A model generated the notes under the pieces. It worked only from the letters and a program-made list of their open reading frames with translations, was not told where the DNA came from and ran no database searches. From Dimorphilus gyrociliatus (Eukaryota > Animalia > Annelida), in NCBI GenBank assembly GCA_904063045.1, contig CAJFCJ010000047.1:1-64000 (forward strand): a DNA stretch of 64,000 nt, written 5' to 3'. Every line of letters starts with the position of its first letter. Position 1 is the stretch's first letter. Shown one piece after another: positions 50,638 through 62,741 of the stretch. Made by a program: the position numbers and the translations under genes.

Positions 50638-51187
50638 TCAAATATTGACATGAATTTCATATTGCTTCAAAAAATCCATTGGAATTTCATTCATGTTTAT
50701 TTTAAAATCTAAATCTCTTGGGTGCTTTTGTTTGTTACTCTCTTTATATCTAGAAGCTTTTCTTTTTGGTGATTCTAATTCTGGCAAGTCTTTAGTATTA
50801 TCTCTAAATTTTAGGATAATATCTTCTGCTATTCTTTCACCAGTTTTGTCATTGTCATCAATTGCCATTTCCTTCAAATCCATTCTTGATTGAAGAACAT
50901 TTTACAGATTTTTATGCAGCTTACAAAGATGATTTTCATTTTTTACAATGAACTTTGATACCTTTTTGTAATATGTTTGCAGGACAATGAATTTTAGCAT
51001 ATCTTTGAGTACATCTGTAGGTGATGAAACATTCTATTTTTCTTTTCATAGAATTTTTGTATAGGAGTAAGTCTTTATGTTTTGCTCTTCCCCCTACAAC
51101 AATTTTGAAATCATCTCTTTCAGTTTCCATGATGTTACACTGTATATCCATCTCAAATTCATCATTTATATCAACTCTCTTTCCCAT
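50638..51187 (-). mobile_element. MULE N-terminal (FLYWCH-like) relic
   Basis: FKIVVGGRAKHKDLLLYKN...ITYRCTQRYAKIHCPANI...KHPRDLDFKI, with a frameshift. Confidence 0.75.
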
Positions 51188-51666
51188 CTTCCATCTTCAA
51201 GGAAACTAAACTCTATTATTGTTTGATGGTTCACATTGATGGTGAAATAGCAGTCTGGAGGGTTGACACAACAGAATGAATAGTCAAGTAAATTGAAGAG
51301 TTTCGTCTATGTATTAGTAAATAAACTAAAAAGAGAGGGTTAGGGATTAACCCTAAGCTTAACCTTGATCATTAACTATGAAAAGATAATGTCTGAAACA
51401 TAAATATAAGGATAGCCGAGAAGCAAGTGTATGAAAAGAGACACAAAGGGCGAATTTTTGATACTTGGGAAGAACACCAAATTGAAAATGTCAAGGGAGT
51501 TGAAAGTCGGCTGATAAATCGCAACCAGACTAACCTTGACCTTTATAATGAATTCTGTTTTAAATAGTACCAATATATTAAAGAAATGCCAGGATTTTTC
51601 CAAAAGAATTTGTATTTGACCTGAGTTCACATTATCAAAGGTTTATTAGGATGAAATGCGACAATT

Positions 51667-51940
51667 TTATATTTCACATGAAAGACTGTTACATGACACC
51701 TCCTGTAACAAATTGTACAACAACGTGTTGCGTATAGGTATAACAGGAGCTGGTGTAGGTGGAATACATTGGAAACATTTGGTCGTAGTTTGTCGTTTTC
51801 TAAGAGGACCAGAATGACCCACCTGACCTTCAGGACCAGGAGGACCTGTCAGACTTTTAACACCATGAATGCCTTGTGAACCATCATTATTAGAAGCTGT
51901 TTGCGGACCTGTAGGTATTTCACATTGTTTTCCAAAACTT
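51667..51940 (-). pseudogene. Short collagen-like (Gly-X-Y) coding fragment followed by RKR and Cys residues
   Basis: GSQGIHGVKSLTGPPGPEGQVGHSGPLRKRQTTTKCFQCIPPTPAP. Confidence 0.4.
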
Positions 51941-52856
51941 TGCTTAGATTGAATGTGGCAATGAAAGAGCTGCGGTGCTTTTATAGCGTTAGACAAGAAG
52001 TTTAAACAATAGGTTAATGGTTTCAAAGTGGCTTGTCTACTTATATTCTAAATCTAACTTAATCCTACATTCTTTTTAAATTTTCTATTACTTGACAAAG
52101 ATTTTGTTCAAGCTGAAATAATACCTTTCAAAATGATCTATTATGTCTAAAAGATAGCTTAAACTGAAAGTTGATTGGGGTGAAAAGATCATGTCAATGG
52201 CGGAAGAAAGGATATAGACGAATCATAACAATTTTCTCTACAAAACCAGATTTTAGAACTTTATAAGAAAGATGACCAACTTTTATCAACAATTTCCAAA
52301 TCTGAAATTTGTTACATTTCTATACTGTTTAATATTTTAGGGTTTGGGGTAATTAAAAAGGTTACGCAAAGACCAGGGCCAATTGTAAAGCCAGTTAACA
52401 ATATATTCATGAAATGTTTCTATTTGTGAACATATTTCACAGAATTTACTAATAGACAATCAACATAAAAACTGTTAAATAATGGATACTCGGTACCTAA
52501 GTAATACATTTATTAACAAAGCAAATTTCTATTAAAAACATTCAAACTAAAAGCTCTTAGAACAAAGTCATTTTCGAGGCCTATATGTTTTTGATAATAA
52601 ATCTAATAACTACTTAATATATCTAAACTGTCTACTTAATTAGTCATAATCAATAAATGACTTACTTTTATGAGTATTTAATGAGCACTAAATCCATTAG
52701 AGTCAATAGGAAACTGTTACTTTGTAAGTGTTCATAAATATTTGAAAATTTTCTCATTGCAAAAAAACTGTATTTTTCTCAGTTTGTTTCCAGATTCTTT
52801 TACTAACCAGATCAGAACCAAACAATTTTTTATAGAGATTGCTCAAAACATTCAAA

Positions 52857-53668
52857 ATGAATATTGTGATTCTTCTGTTGAAGATAATATTAATGCTAAA
52901 CAATTCTATTGTTAAAACTGATAGTAAATAGTATTTTTTCTTTGAACATAGTTTTAATAATCACATTTCAATTTTCTATGTTTCAGGTTGTTCATATACT
53001 ATAGAAACCAATTTAAATATTGAAAATCATGGATATATTCCACCAGGGCACAATGTCCATTTTTTTTCAGCACCTAGACAAGTCTGTGAATTTATCTGTA
53101 ATAAATATCCTTCCTGCAGGTTAGAATTCTTTTTTATATAACTGTTTGTTCTCATACAAAACAAAGTTCAAATTTTATGTAAAAGGTCAATTGTGTACAA
53201 ATCTTTTCCAAGCACATGTTATTTAAAGACCAAAATAAAATCAGAAGTTACTACTAAAGAAGAGTCAGTGTCATATTATGAGAAACAGGCTGGATGTGGT
53301 TTGAAAATTATAAAACCTAAATATACACTAGTTCTATATTTCAATATCTTTTACAGAGTGTTCTTTGAAGAAGTATCCTAAAAAAACTATGACAAGAGAA
53401 TTGATCTATTCAGATTCATTCAGTAATTTGGCAGAGTGCCAAAATTTTTGCCATAGTAAATATAATTGTTTGTAAGTATTTTTACTTAAAATCTAAAAAT
53501 CTGTTTATGGTTTCTTATTAATTTTGTTATGAATTATAACAACTAGGTCATTTCAATACAATAATTCAAATGGAGAATGTAAATTGAATGAAATAACAAA
53601 GATAATTAATCCAAATTTAATTGCTTTATCAGATAAATATGATTACTTTGAACTAAATGAAGAATGCT
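52857..53668 (+). CDS. Secreted protein with two PAN/Apple domains (5 exons seen)
   Basis: MNIVILLLKIILMLNNSIVKTD|SCSYTIE...VCEFICNKYPSCR|SIVYKSFPSTCYLKT...SYYEKQAGC|ECSLKKY...LAECQNFCHSKYNCL|SFQYNNSNGECKLNE...YDYFELNEEC. Confidence 0.75.
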
Positions 53669-53817
53669 GTTTGTATATTTTTATTTATTTATATTTTTTA
53701 TATATTCAATTCATTCTAAAACAACAAATCATTCAAATCATGAACAATAAAATCTAAATCATTTTTTGGCTGAACAAACAAATAAGGTTACTAGGCTTAC
53801 ATTAATGTATATTGAAA

Positions 53818-56800
53818 TGTAAAGTATTTTCATTGTCAAGTATTTTTAAAGACAAAAATTGGAATTTCTATCTCTGGAATTCCAATAACAATCTGAAAAA
53901 TAGATTGAGATATCTTCTTTGATAGATTCTTAATATTTTACTTATAAAGCTGAGGAGATTGGTTGAACTAAGTTCAAGTTGACTAATTAAAAAAAGAGGA
54001 GGATTACAGTTGTGACGAACCAGAAATTCCTACAATTACATTACAACAAAGTACAAATGTGGTGCAGTCGACAGCCCACAATGCTACTTCAATGAATGTT
54101 ATTTTGGTTTATGAGAATGACAAAGCCAGAGCCAAGGAAGTAGATGAGTATCTTTCAAAAATTAATGAATTAATGTTGAGAATTAAAAGTAGTGGAGCCA
54201 AAGTTGATGGTAATAGCTTTTTAAAGTACCATTTGATGACTGGGGCAGCTACAATTCCTGAAGGTATGGTTAATCCTGATCCTACTCAACCAAAATTCAG
54301 TGGCATTCAAGATAATGCTTTGGAGAAGACAATTGCAAGTCTTCTAATTGATGCTAATGAGAAACCTAATACTACTTTGCTGAGACCCTATTCTGGTAGC
54401 AAAGATACCTGGGCCTTTAAGAGGAACTTTCAAACAGCTTGTGAATTAAACCTTTGGGATACAGAGGAGAAAAGAATTTGAATGCTGAGAAAATACACTA
54501 CCGGAAGAGCCAGAGATGTTATTGAAAGTTTACCCTCCATGGCAAATGAAAATGAAATTTGGGATGCATTGGATGAAGAATTTAGCCCAGATCCTATGGC
54601 TTACAAAAAAGAAATTGATAGATTGAGACAGTTCAATGATGACACTGTCCAAAGTTTTGTTAGAAGAAGTAAAGAACTTGTGGAAAAATTCCTACCATTC
54701 AATACTACTGAAATGGTTTGTGTTGCTGAAAGAGTTAGAGAACTTCAACTGTTAACTGTATTCAGGAATGGTCTTAAAGGAAAAATTGTTAATCATGTGG
54801 AAAAAGATGAAAAGATTAACTCAGTTAATCAGTATATTAAATTGGTAAAAAGAGCAGAAATATTTTTTGATAATGCAAGAAAGGAAAGTGAAAATGAATT
54901 CAAACAGTACAAAAGGAGATTTGACAACAATCAGAGTAACTCAAATCAAAATGAACATACATTTAAACCTTTTTCTCAAAATAGATTTCAACAACAAAGA
55001 AATGGAAATGCAGGAAATAATGAAAAAGGCAGCTTTAACAGACTAATTACATGTTGGACCTGATGAACCTAATGAAACTGAAATTTCTAAAGGAAGAATG
55101 GCAATATTTAATTTCAAAGAAGAGAAAATTGCACATTTTAAGTGTACTTCTTTGGTAAAAGGCAGAAAAGATTTCCAATTTCATATGAAAAATCATAATG
55201 GAAGAGAGGTTATTGCTTTATATGATTCAGGAGCACTTTTGTCATTTATTACAGAAAAAGAAATCAGGTTAATGGATTCTAAATTCATCAAGAAAGAAAC
55301 TACTGGCTTACCAATCATCACTTCAGCAGAGGGAAATGCTTTAAAGACAAAAGGAAAAGCAAAACTGAATATTCAATTTAATGGAAGAATTATGGAACAA
55401 GAATTCTTTATTATGGAAAAACTAGATATGGCTATAATACTTGGTTGTGATTTCTTAGAAAATGCTGGAGCTCTTATTGATTTTGCAACAAAACAAGTTT
55501 CTCTTCCATTCTTTATCAGAAAAGGACAACCAGTTAGAAAGTTTTTGCAATATAACAAAAATCACCAGACAAAATTTGGAAAACAAGGCAGTGTAAAAAA
55601 AGTAACTGTTGGAATGATGGGACAGTATTTTGAAGATTCTGACACTCAATCTGAAGTTTTTGATATTCCATCTGAAGTTTCAGATAGTGTGGACTCAGAA
55701 ATGGAAGTTACTGATCAAGATACTGGCTATGATACAAGCAACACTTATGGTTCAAGCATAGTTTATGAGGGATTCAATGGTTTGATTCAAATAGCAATTA
55801 TGGCACAGATGAAAGTTCCAGTACTTCTGAAAATTATGATACAGAAACAAGTATTGAATCAGATCACAGCCCAGACTCAGATTTGGATATAATCAATGGT
55901 ACAAGCTCATCTGAAGATGAAATTAGTGATTCAACTGATTCTCATAATGGTTCAATGATTGTTATAGACTCATCTGAAGAAGAGCTTGATAACGTAACTG
56001 AGCCTGATAATGATTCAATGATTGTTATAGACTCATCTGAAGAAGAGACCAGTAACACAATTGAGTCTGACAATGATTCCATAATGGTTATAGACTCATC
56101 TGATGAAGAGACTGGAAACATACCTAAGTCTGGCAATGACTCAGTTATTCTCATAAATTCCTCTGAAGAAGAAACTGAAGACTTAGCTAAGGAAATGGAA
56201 ATGAAACCACAATGCATAGAATTAGAAGATGGAATAACTATCAAAGTGGAAAAAGAACAAAAGAAAAATCCAGTAACTCCTGAAATAGAAGAATTACAGT
56301 TGGAAAGCATTGAATTTGAACATTTGTCTAATCAAAATGTACACAATATTAATTCAAATACACTAGAAATTGACAATTATTTACATGTGTCCAAAAATAA
56401 TCTTGACAAGAACAGAGAAGAATTAAAAGAAATGATAAAGAATTATGAAGATATTATTGCTACAAAATAAGAATGACATTGGTTCACCAGATGTTCCACC
56501 AATGGCAATTGAATTATTGGAAGATATAAAGCCTTTCAAACAAAGACCATACAGATTGCCACCCAACAAACAGCAGGAATGCAGGGATCAATTAAATGGA
56601 TTATTGGAAAATGGTCTAATTAGAGCAAGCAAAAGCCAATGGGCTTCACCCATTGTTTTTGTGAAAAAGAAAGAAGGAACATTAAGAATTGTGTGGATTA
56701 CAGAAAACTTAACAAGCAATCAAAAAAGAATTGTTATCCAATCCCACATCAAGAAGATTTATTTGATAAGCTTGGAGGAGGCCACATATATTTTTCTATA

Positions 56801-57154
56801 TTGGATTTAACAAGTGCATTTCATCATATTCCAATCAAAGAAGAAGATAAGGAGAAAACTGCTTTTATTACACCATTTGGTTTATTTGAATTCAACCACA
56901 TGCCATTTGGTTTGGCAAATGCACCTTCACACTTCAGCTATATCATGCCAAATTTTGTTATTAATGGATTGGAAAACTTCTGCATTAATTATATGGATGA
57001 TATTATAGTTTTTACCAAAACATTGGAAGAACACTTTGTAGCTCTACAGAAACTTATGGAAAGAATCAAGGAAAAAGACTTTAGAATTAAACTGAGCAAA
57101 TGTGCATTCTTACAAGAATCAGTTCAATTCCTTGGTCATAGAATTACACAGAGA
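53818..57154 (+). mobile_element. Ty3/Gypsy LTR retrotransposon, 5' part (probable LTR, PBS, gag, protease, acidic insert, RT), cut at the N
   Basis: Gag-like ORFs at 54092-55063, protease motif LYDSGA, RT motifs (QRPYR, WASPIVFVKK, VDYRKLN, FSILDLTSAFHHI, MPFGLANAP, YMDDII). The LTR start is approximate. Confidence 0.92.
54060..54074 (+). promoter_or_regulatory. Probable primer-binding site (tRNA-Ser-like)
   Basis: TGGTGCAGTCGACAG lies 4 nt after a ..TACA LTR-like end. It resembles the TGGCG(C/T)AGTCGGCAG tRNA-Ser PBS with two transitions; the tRNA sequence is recalled, not checked. Confidence 0.45.
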
Positions 57155-57155
57155 N
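57155..57155. other. Single N: assembly junction or gap
   Basis: RT coding sequence stops at the N and a transposon TIR starts immediately after it. Confidence 0.9.
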
Positions 57156-60100
57156 GGGGTCGGGAAAAAACGTCCTTGGGAAAAAACGTCCCTGGGAAAA
57201 AACGTCCCAGGGCGGGAAAAAACGTCCTAATTGTTGGGAAAAAACGTCCTATGCCTGGCTAAAGATATACTTGGCATAATTATTTATACTTATAATCAGA
57301 AATGTTTTTCTCTTTGCTGTTTATTTCATTTATAGAATAAAATATTAATATTTTTGAAGAAAGGGATATGTATTGTGATGTTTTTACCAGTTTTCTCTGA
57401 ATTATGTAATGCTATTAAAAGAGAAATGAGTTATTTCCTTGTCTTGTCTGTAAGTGAAAGATAAATTTTGCATTTCTTGGCATATTTTCAGGCTAATTTG
57501 TTTTTTAAGCATTGAAACTCTGGTATTGATTTAGTTTATTGAATATTACAAGATTATACATTGTTTAAGAACACTTCTTTCCAGTGAGTTATTATTTATA
57601 ATTTTTGTATAGGCAGCCATATTTGATAGTTGAAAGTGAATTTATTTTTGCAGAAACTTAGTAATGGCACCTGTTGTATTAATTGTAATAAAAGATTTTA
57701 TGGCAGACAGAGAAAGATGAAATGCAATGACTGCCAAGATTATGTCCATGCCAAATGCATCAAAGGTCTGTCTCTTTATATGTTTTTATTAAATTATTCA
57801 CTTTTTTCATTTTCAATTTAGAATCTGAAAGAGTATTTTGCAATAATTGTGCAGAAAAGTTCAGGATTCATGAAACTACATGTTCACTTTGTCATCATAT
57901 CTGTAAAGGTGATATTTACTATGTAAAACATACATTTATTTAACTTTGCTTAATATTACAGAAATGAAAGATGATAAGTGTTCTTCATGCAAAAGTTTGA
58001 GTGAAAGATATTGTCTCATTAGTTTATCAGATGTGATCAATGATGATCCTATTGTAAAAGCTGCTCTGAGTTGTACTCATAATAATATGGTTAAAGACAA
58101 TTGTAGTCTTAAAGAAGTTAGCAATACTTCTAATATGGAGGAAAATTTATTGCATGAAAATGAAACTGAAAATAATGAGAATATGGAAAGCTCAGACAAA
58201 TTTCATATTATTATTGGTGGAAGTCAAAAAGGGAAAGATATTTTGACCAACAATGGCTATGCTTTTAATATAAAATCTAGAAGTGACAAGAGAACCATCT
58301 GGAGATGTTCTGTTAGAAATAAGAATATTCAATGTCCAGTTATTATTCAACAAAAAGAAATATTTTCATAAAGAGTAAACATGAACACAATCATAACAAA
58401 AGGAAAAGCCTTATTGTGAATATTTCTGCTAGAAAAGAATTGAGAGCAATCTCTAATGCAGACATCAAGTCATCTGGAAGAGCAATTGCTGAAGATCTAT
58501 TAATTAATTTAAATAAAAGTGAAAATAACCTACCAAAACTGGAAAATCTGAGGAGATTAGCCAATATCAATAGGCAAAATCAAGGCCTAAAGAACCAAAC
58601 GAAATTGATTTTGAACTTAATACAACATTTATACCAGATGATTTTCTTCAAAGTGATATTGTTGTAAGAAATCAAAGAGTTTTACTATTTGCTTCTAAGC
58701 ACCAGCTGTCTTTATTATGTAAAAGTAAAGTATGGTATTTAGATGGCACTTTCAAGGCTGTGAAGGATCCATTTGTACAGCTTTTTTCTGTTCATTCTTT
58801 TATTAAAAATGATGGAGAAGCAAAACAAATTCCATTAGCATTTGCTTTTTAACATCAAAGAAAAAAAAAGTGTACAAAATGATTCTTAAAGTAAGTATGA
58901 TTTGGTTGCTTAATTCTGTTTCATTAACTTCATCTTATCAAAAGGAGATTCAAAAATTGACAAATGGTTTTCAACCTGACAAATTTGTAGTTGATTTTGA
59001 ATTAGGTATATGGAGTGCTCTTAACTCAGTTTACCCTAATATTCCTATTCAAGGTTGTGTCTTCCATTGGACACAAGCTGTCTACAGAAAAATTCAAGTA
59101 AGCTTATATTTAAATTCAGTGCTTGGCCTTATTATTAAATTATTGTAGAATTTGGAGTTGGGGTGCGAACGTACCTGGGTGTGAACGTACCCGGGTGCGA
59201 ACGTACCCTGGGCGGGTGCGAACGTACCTGGGTACGTTCGCACCCTATTTTTATATTTATTTTATTTTTGAATTTTTGAATAAAAGATTTAGCTATAAAT
59301 CTAAAAGTATGTATTTAAAAGACTAAATATTATACTAAAAAACAATAAAGCTTGACAAATGATATTTATGCTGGAGAGTAGATATGGGATGTCTGCATTA
59401 ATAGATCAATTGATGTCAATTTGTTCAACTTGAAATCATCCCATAAATCAAAAATTTTCTTTTGGATGTCAATATACTTTTTCTTTTGATGTTTGTAAAT
59501 CCTTTTTTCTGACAGTAATTTCTCATAAACTGCAATCAACTCAGACTCTTTTTTTAGCTCATCAACCAGCATGTAAAAAGAACCTTTAGCAGGCAGCTTA
59601 CTATTCATTCTTTGATGCCATCCTTCACAATCATTATTGGTCCTAATAGACAAACCAAAAACTGACCAGTTATTTGGTTTCCATAATTTATTTTTGATCC
59701 AGTTTGTTTGGAAGTATTGCAGCAGGTCCAAAAATCTATTTTTTTCACAAAGTTCTGCATTTATGCTGTCAAATGTTGGTTGAATAATATGTGCTGGCAA
59801 GAATGGCAGAGCCATCAATTTTCTGAAATCTTTCCAATCATTTCCTTTTTCTTTGTATTTCTTTACATAGCCAAGAGCCTATTCAATAATATAAGTTATT
59901 TAATAGATAATGTTATATATATTTGAATGTAACTGACTTGTATTTTCCTGTATACTGCTTGTGTGAAATGAAATACACAACCTTGAAATTCAGTGAGGGA
60001 TATACTTTTGATAATGCTTTCCATAGTCCTTTTTCAAAATCCATTGTAATTCTTTTTGGATGAAAATCATTGATAAGATTGTTGATATGCTACAAAAAGC

Positions 60101-62741
60101 AACTTTATTTATCATCACTTTTGAAGAGATAATATGAAATATTTACTTGAAATGCTTGTAAGTATGCTTTGGTATGCTTTGAAGTCAGAAAAATAAAAAC
60201 AAGAGGAACTTGCTTCATATCACCACTCTTCTTAACAAATGAGTGAATAGTGACAAGTTGATAAAATGGTTCTTTTACAATCTTGAAAGTACCATCAATG
60301 TACCAACAGTTGGATTTTGATAATAAATTCAGCTGATGGTTTGTTGCAAAGATTAAAATTCTTTCTCCATTTTCACAAATATCTTTCTGCAAAAATTCAT
60401 CAGGCAAAAATGTTTCATCTAAATTAAAGTTGTACACTTTAGGTTCCACTGGCCTAAACTTTTGTCTATTTGAGTTTGCCATTCTCTTCAAATAGTTGAT
60501 ATCAGGAAGACAAGTTGCATTGGGTTCATAGGATAGAAGAACTTTTTCAGCAATGCTTCTTCCAGATGTTTGATTATCACTTCTGCAAACAATTTTCAAA
60601 TCTGTTTTCACTTTAATATCCACTTCTAAATTCTTTTTTCTGTTGTGATTATGTTCCAAATTGCCTTTGAGAAATAAATTTCCATTTTGTCTTATTCTGG
60701 CCACACATCTTTTCTTCTTACTTCTCACACTGCACACCCAAATAGTACTTGATGGTGTTTTATGTTTAACAACAAAAGAATATCCATCATTCAGTAAAAT
60801 GTCATGTCCCTTTCTACTTCCTCCTTTTACAATCTCAAAATCACTTTTTGTGGATGATTCACAATATTCTTCAGCATTCTCTTCAACTTCCTCCAAAGAG
60901 TCTAGGTCCATTGATTGGCATTCTGAAAGAACATGATTTTCATCCTCCAATATTGATTCCTCAACTGCAGCAATCTTATTTCTTTCATCAATAAAGCTTT
61001 CTTCAGAATTTACTTTGAATTGATGAATTTCCAGATTAGTTAACTTCTTGAGCATGACAGTACATTTTCTTTTGTTACAAGGTTTGCAAATTGGTATGTT
61101 ATGTGTTTCTATAAGAATATGTTAAAAAATATAATTACATGAAAGCTGATTAAAGAGTTACATACCTGTGCATTTCCTATGAATAAGATTCTTACAAAGG
61201 CTGCATTTCAAATATTTTTGCCTTCCATAAATTGTTGAATGACAATTGTGACATTTGAAAGCCATTTTTTAATCTTCAATCAAATGTAGATGGTTATCTA
61301 AAAATATTTCCAGTTATCAATAAATTTCCTTTCCAAATATTCAAAATGGCTGAAATTTTATTTATGAAAAATATTCAGCTTTTTCACAATTGAAGATAGT
61401 ATATTACATCAAAATATCATGAATCAACAATCTCAATGATTAGATATAAATACTCACTTCTGTTGAAGCTTCCAAGAAGAACTTTGTCCAAATTTATTCA
61501 GTAAATATAGCTTTACTTTTGCAAGGATAAATATTCCAAGTGAAAGTTTATTTAATAACACTATCACTATTAAAATGGCTGCTATTTCACTTTCAACAAC
61601 ATTTTCTTTTAAAGTAGTAATTTAATATTGATGGGATATGTATTCTATTTAATATCTGCATTCTATCAAATCAATATATTAACAAATATATAATGAAGGA
61701 ACAGAAGGAAAAAAGGGTGTCAATGTACATGTTTATTCAAAAATTCAAAAATAAAATAAATATAAAAATAGGGTGCGAACGTACCTGGGTACGTTCGCAC
61801 CCGCCCAGGGTACGTTCGCACCCGCCCAGGGTACGTTCGCACCCGCCCAGGGTACGTTCGCACCCGGGTACGTTCGCACCCAGGTACGTTCACACCCGAC
61901 CCCTAGAATTTGGGATACACACAACAATATAATATGGAAAAGAAGAAGGCAGGACTGCTGAAACAAGTTTTGGCATTACCTTTTCTTCCAGATGAAGCCA
62001 TTCTAAACAGTTTCTACATGCTAAAAGATGAGGCCTTTGAGAGAAATGAATTTTTGGATTTTTTCCAATACATTGAAAGTACTTGGATTAAGCATTCAAT
62101 TTGGACACCAAATTGTTGGTCTGTATTTGGTCTTGCCATCAGGACCAACAATGATGTTGAAGGATGGCACAGAAGAATAAATGAAAAGACTCCTGCAAAA
62201 GGGTCATTTTATATGCTCATAGATATTTTAAAACAGGAATCAAGTCTTATTCCAGTTGTAGAGAAACTTCTATCAGAAAAAAGGCTAAAGAAGTATCAGA
62301 AGAAAAGTGTCATCCAGAAGCAGAAGCAAGTATTTGCTGTTTGGGATGAATACAAATTGGGAATGATTACATCTGCTGTCCTCTTGCAGAAGATTGCATT
62401 AATCTATTCAAAATAATTCTCAGTGTCTTAACATACTTTATACTTTATTCTAGTAACTTTTAAACTTTGTATAACATTCTTAGCTTTTTTCATTTTTAAT
62501 ACATTTTAATAAACATATATTCATTATTAATTATTATATTCTCAGTATATTGCCATTGGTTCCCAAAATAGAGCAATCTTTTTTAAAATTCAAATATCTT
62601 TTCCCACTACTTGTTTTTCCCAACCTTGGGACATTTTTTCCTAACCTTGGGACGTTTTTTCCCACACTGGGACGTTTTTTCCCACCCTGGGACGTTTTTT
62701 CCCAGGGACGTTTTTTCCCAAGGATGTTTTTTCCCATACTC
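57156..62741 (+). mobile_element. MULE (Mutator-like) DNA transposon with repeat-built TIRs, encoding a PHD-like, FLYWCH-like and DDE transposase with introns
   Basis: TIRs made of GGGAAAAAACGTCC repeats (5 left, 6 right). Motifs YLDGTF, VVDFE, GCVFHW and RTNNDVEGWH are present; the last exon is 61907-62416. Confidence 0.93.
59155..61903 (-). mobile_element. Nested MULE transposon (2749 bp) with 9-bp TSD TAGAATTTG
   Basis: Identical TSDs at 59146-59154 and 61904-61912. The TIRs are built from GGGTGCGAACGTACC repeats plus an AT-rich arm. The transposase starts ATG at 61265 (PHD-like), has YIDGTF, TMDFE and RTNNDCEGWH, and carries one 1-nt frameshift near 59995. Confidence 0.96.

Noticed and set aside
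55942-56310. Minus-strand Ser-rich ORF
   Set aside because: Antisense shadow of the acidic repeat insert.
57156-57260. Short direct-repeat arrays (also 59160-59245, 61771-61900, 62628-62736) resembling CRISPR arrays
   Set aside because: Spacers are only 1-8 nt, the arrays occur as inverted pairs bounding transposase genes, and there are no cas genes. They are TIRs.
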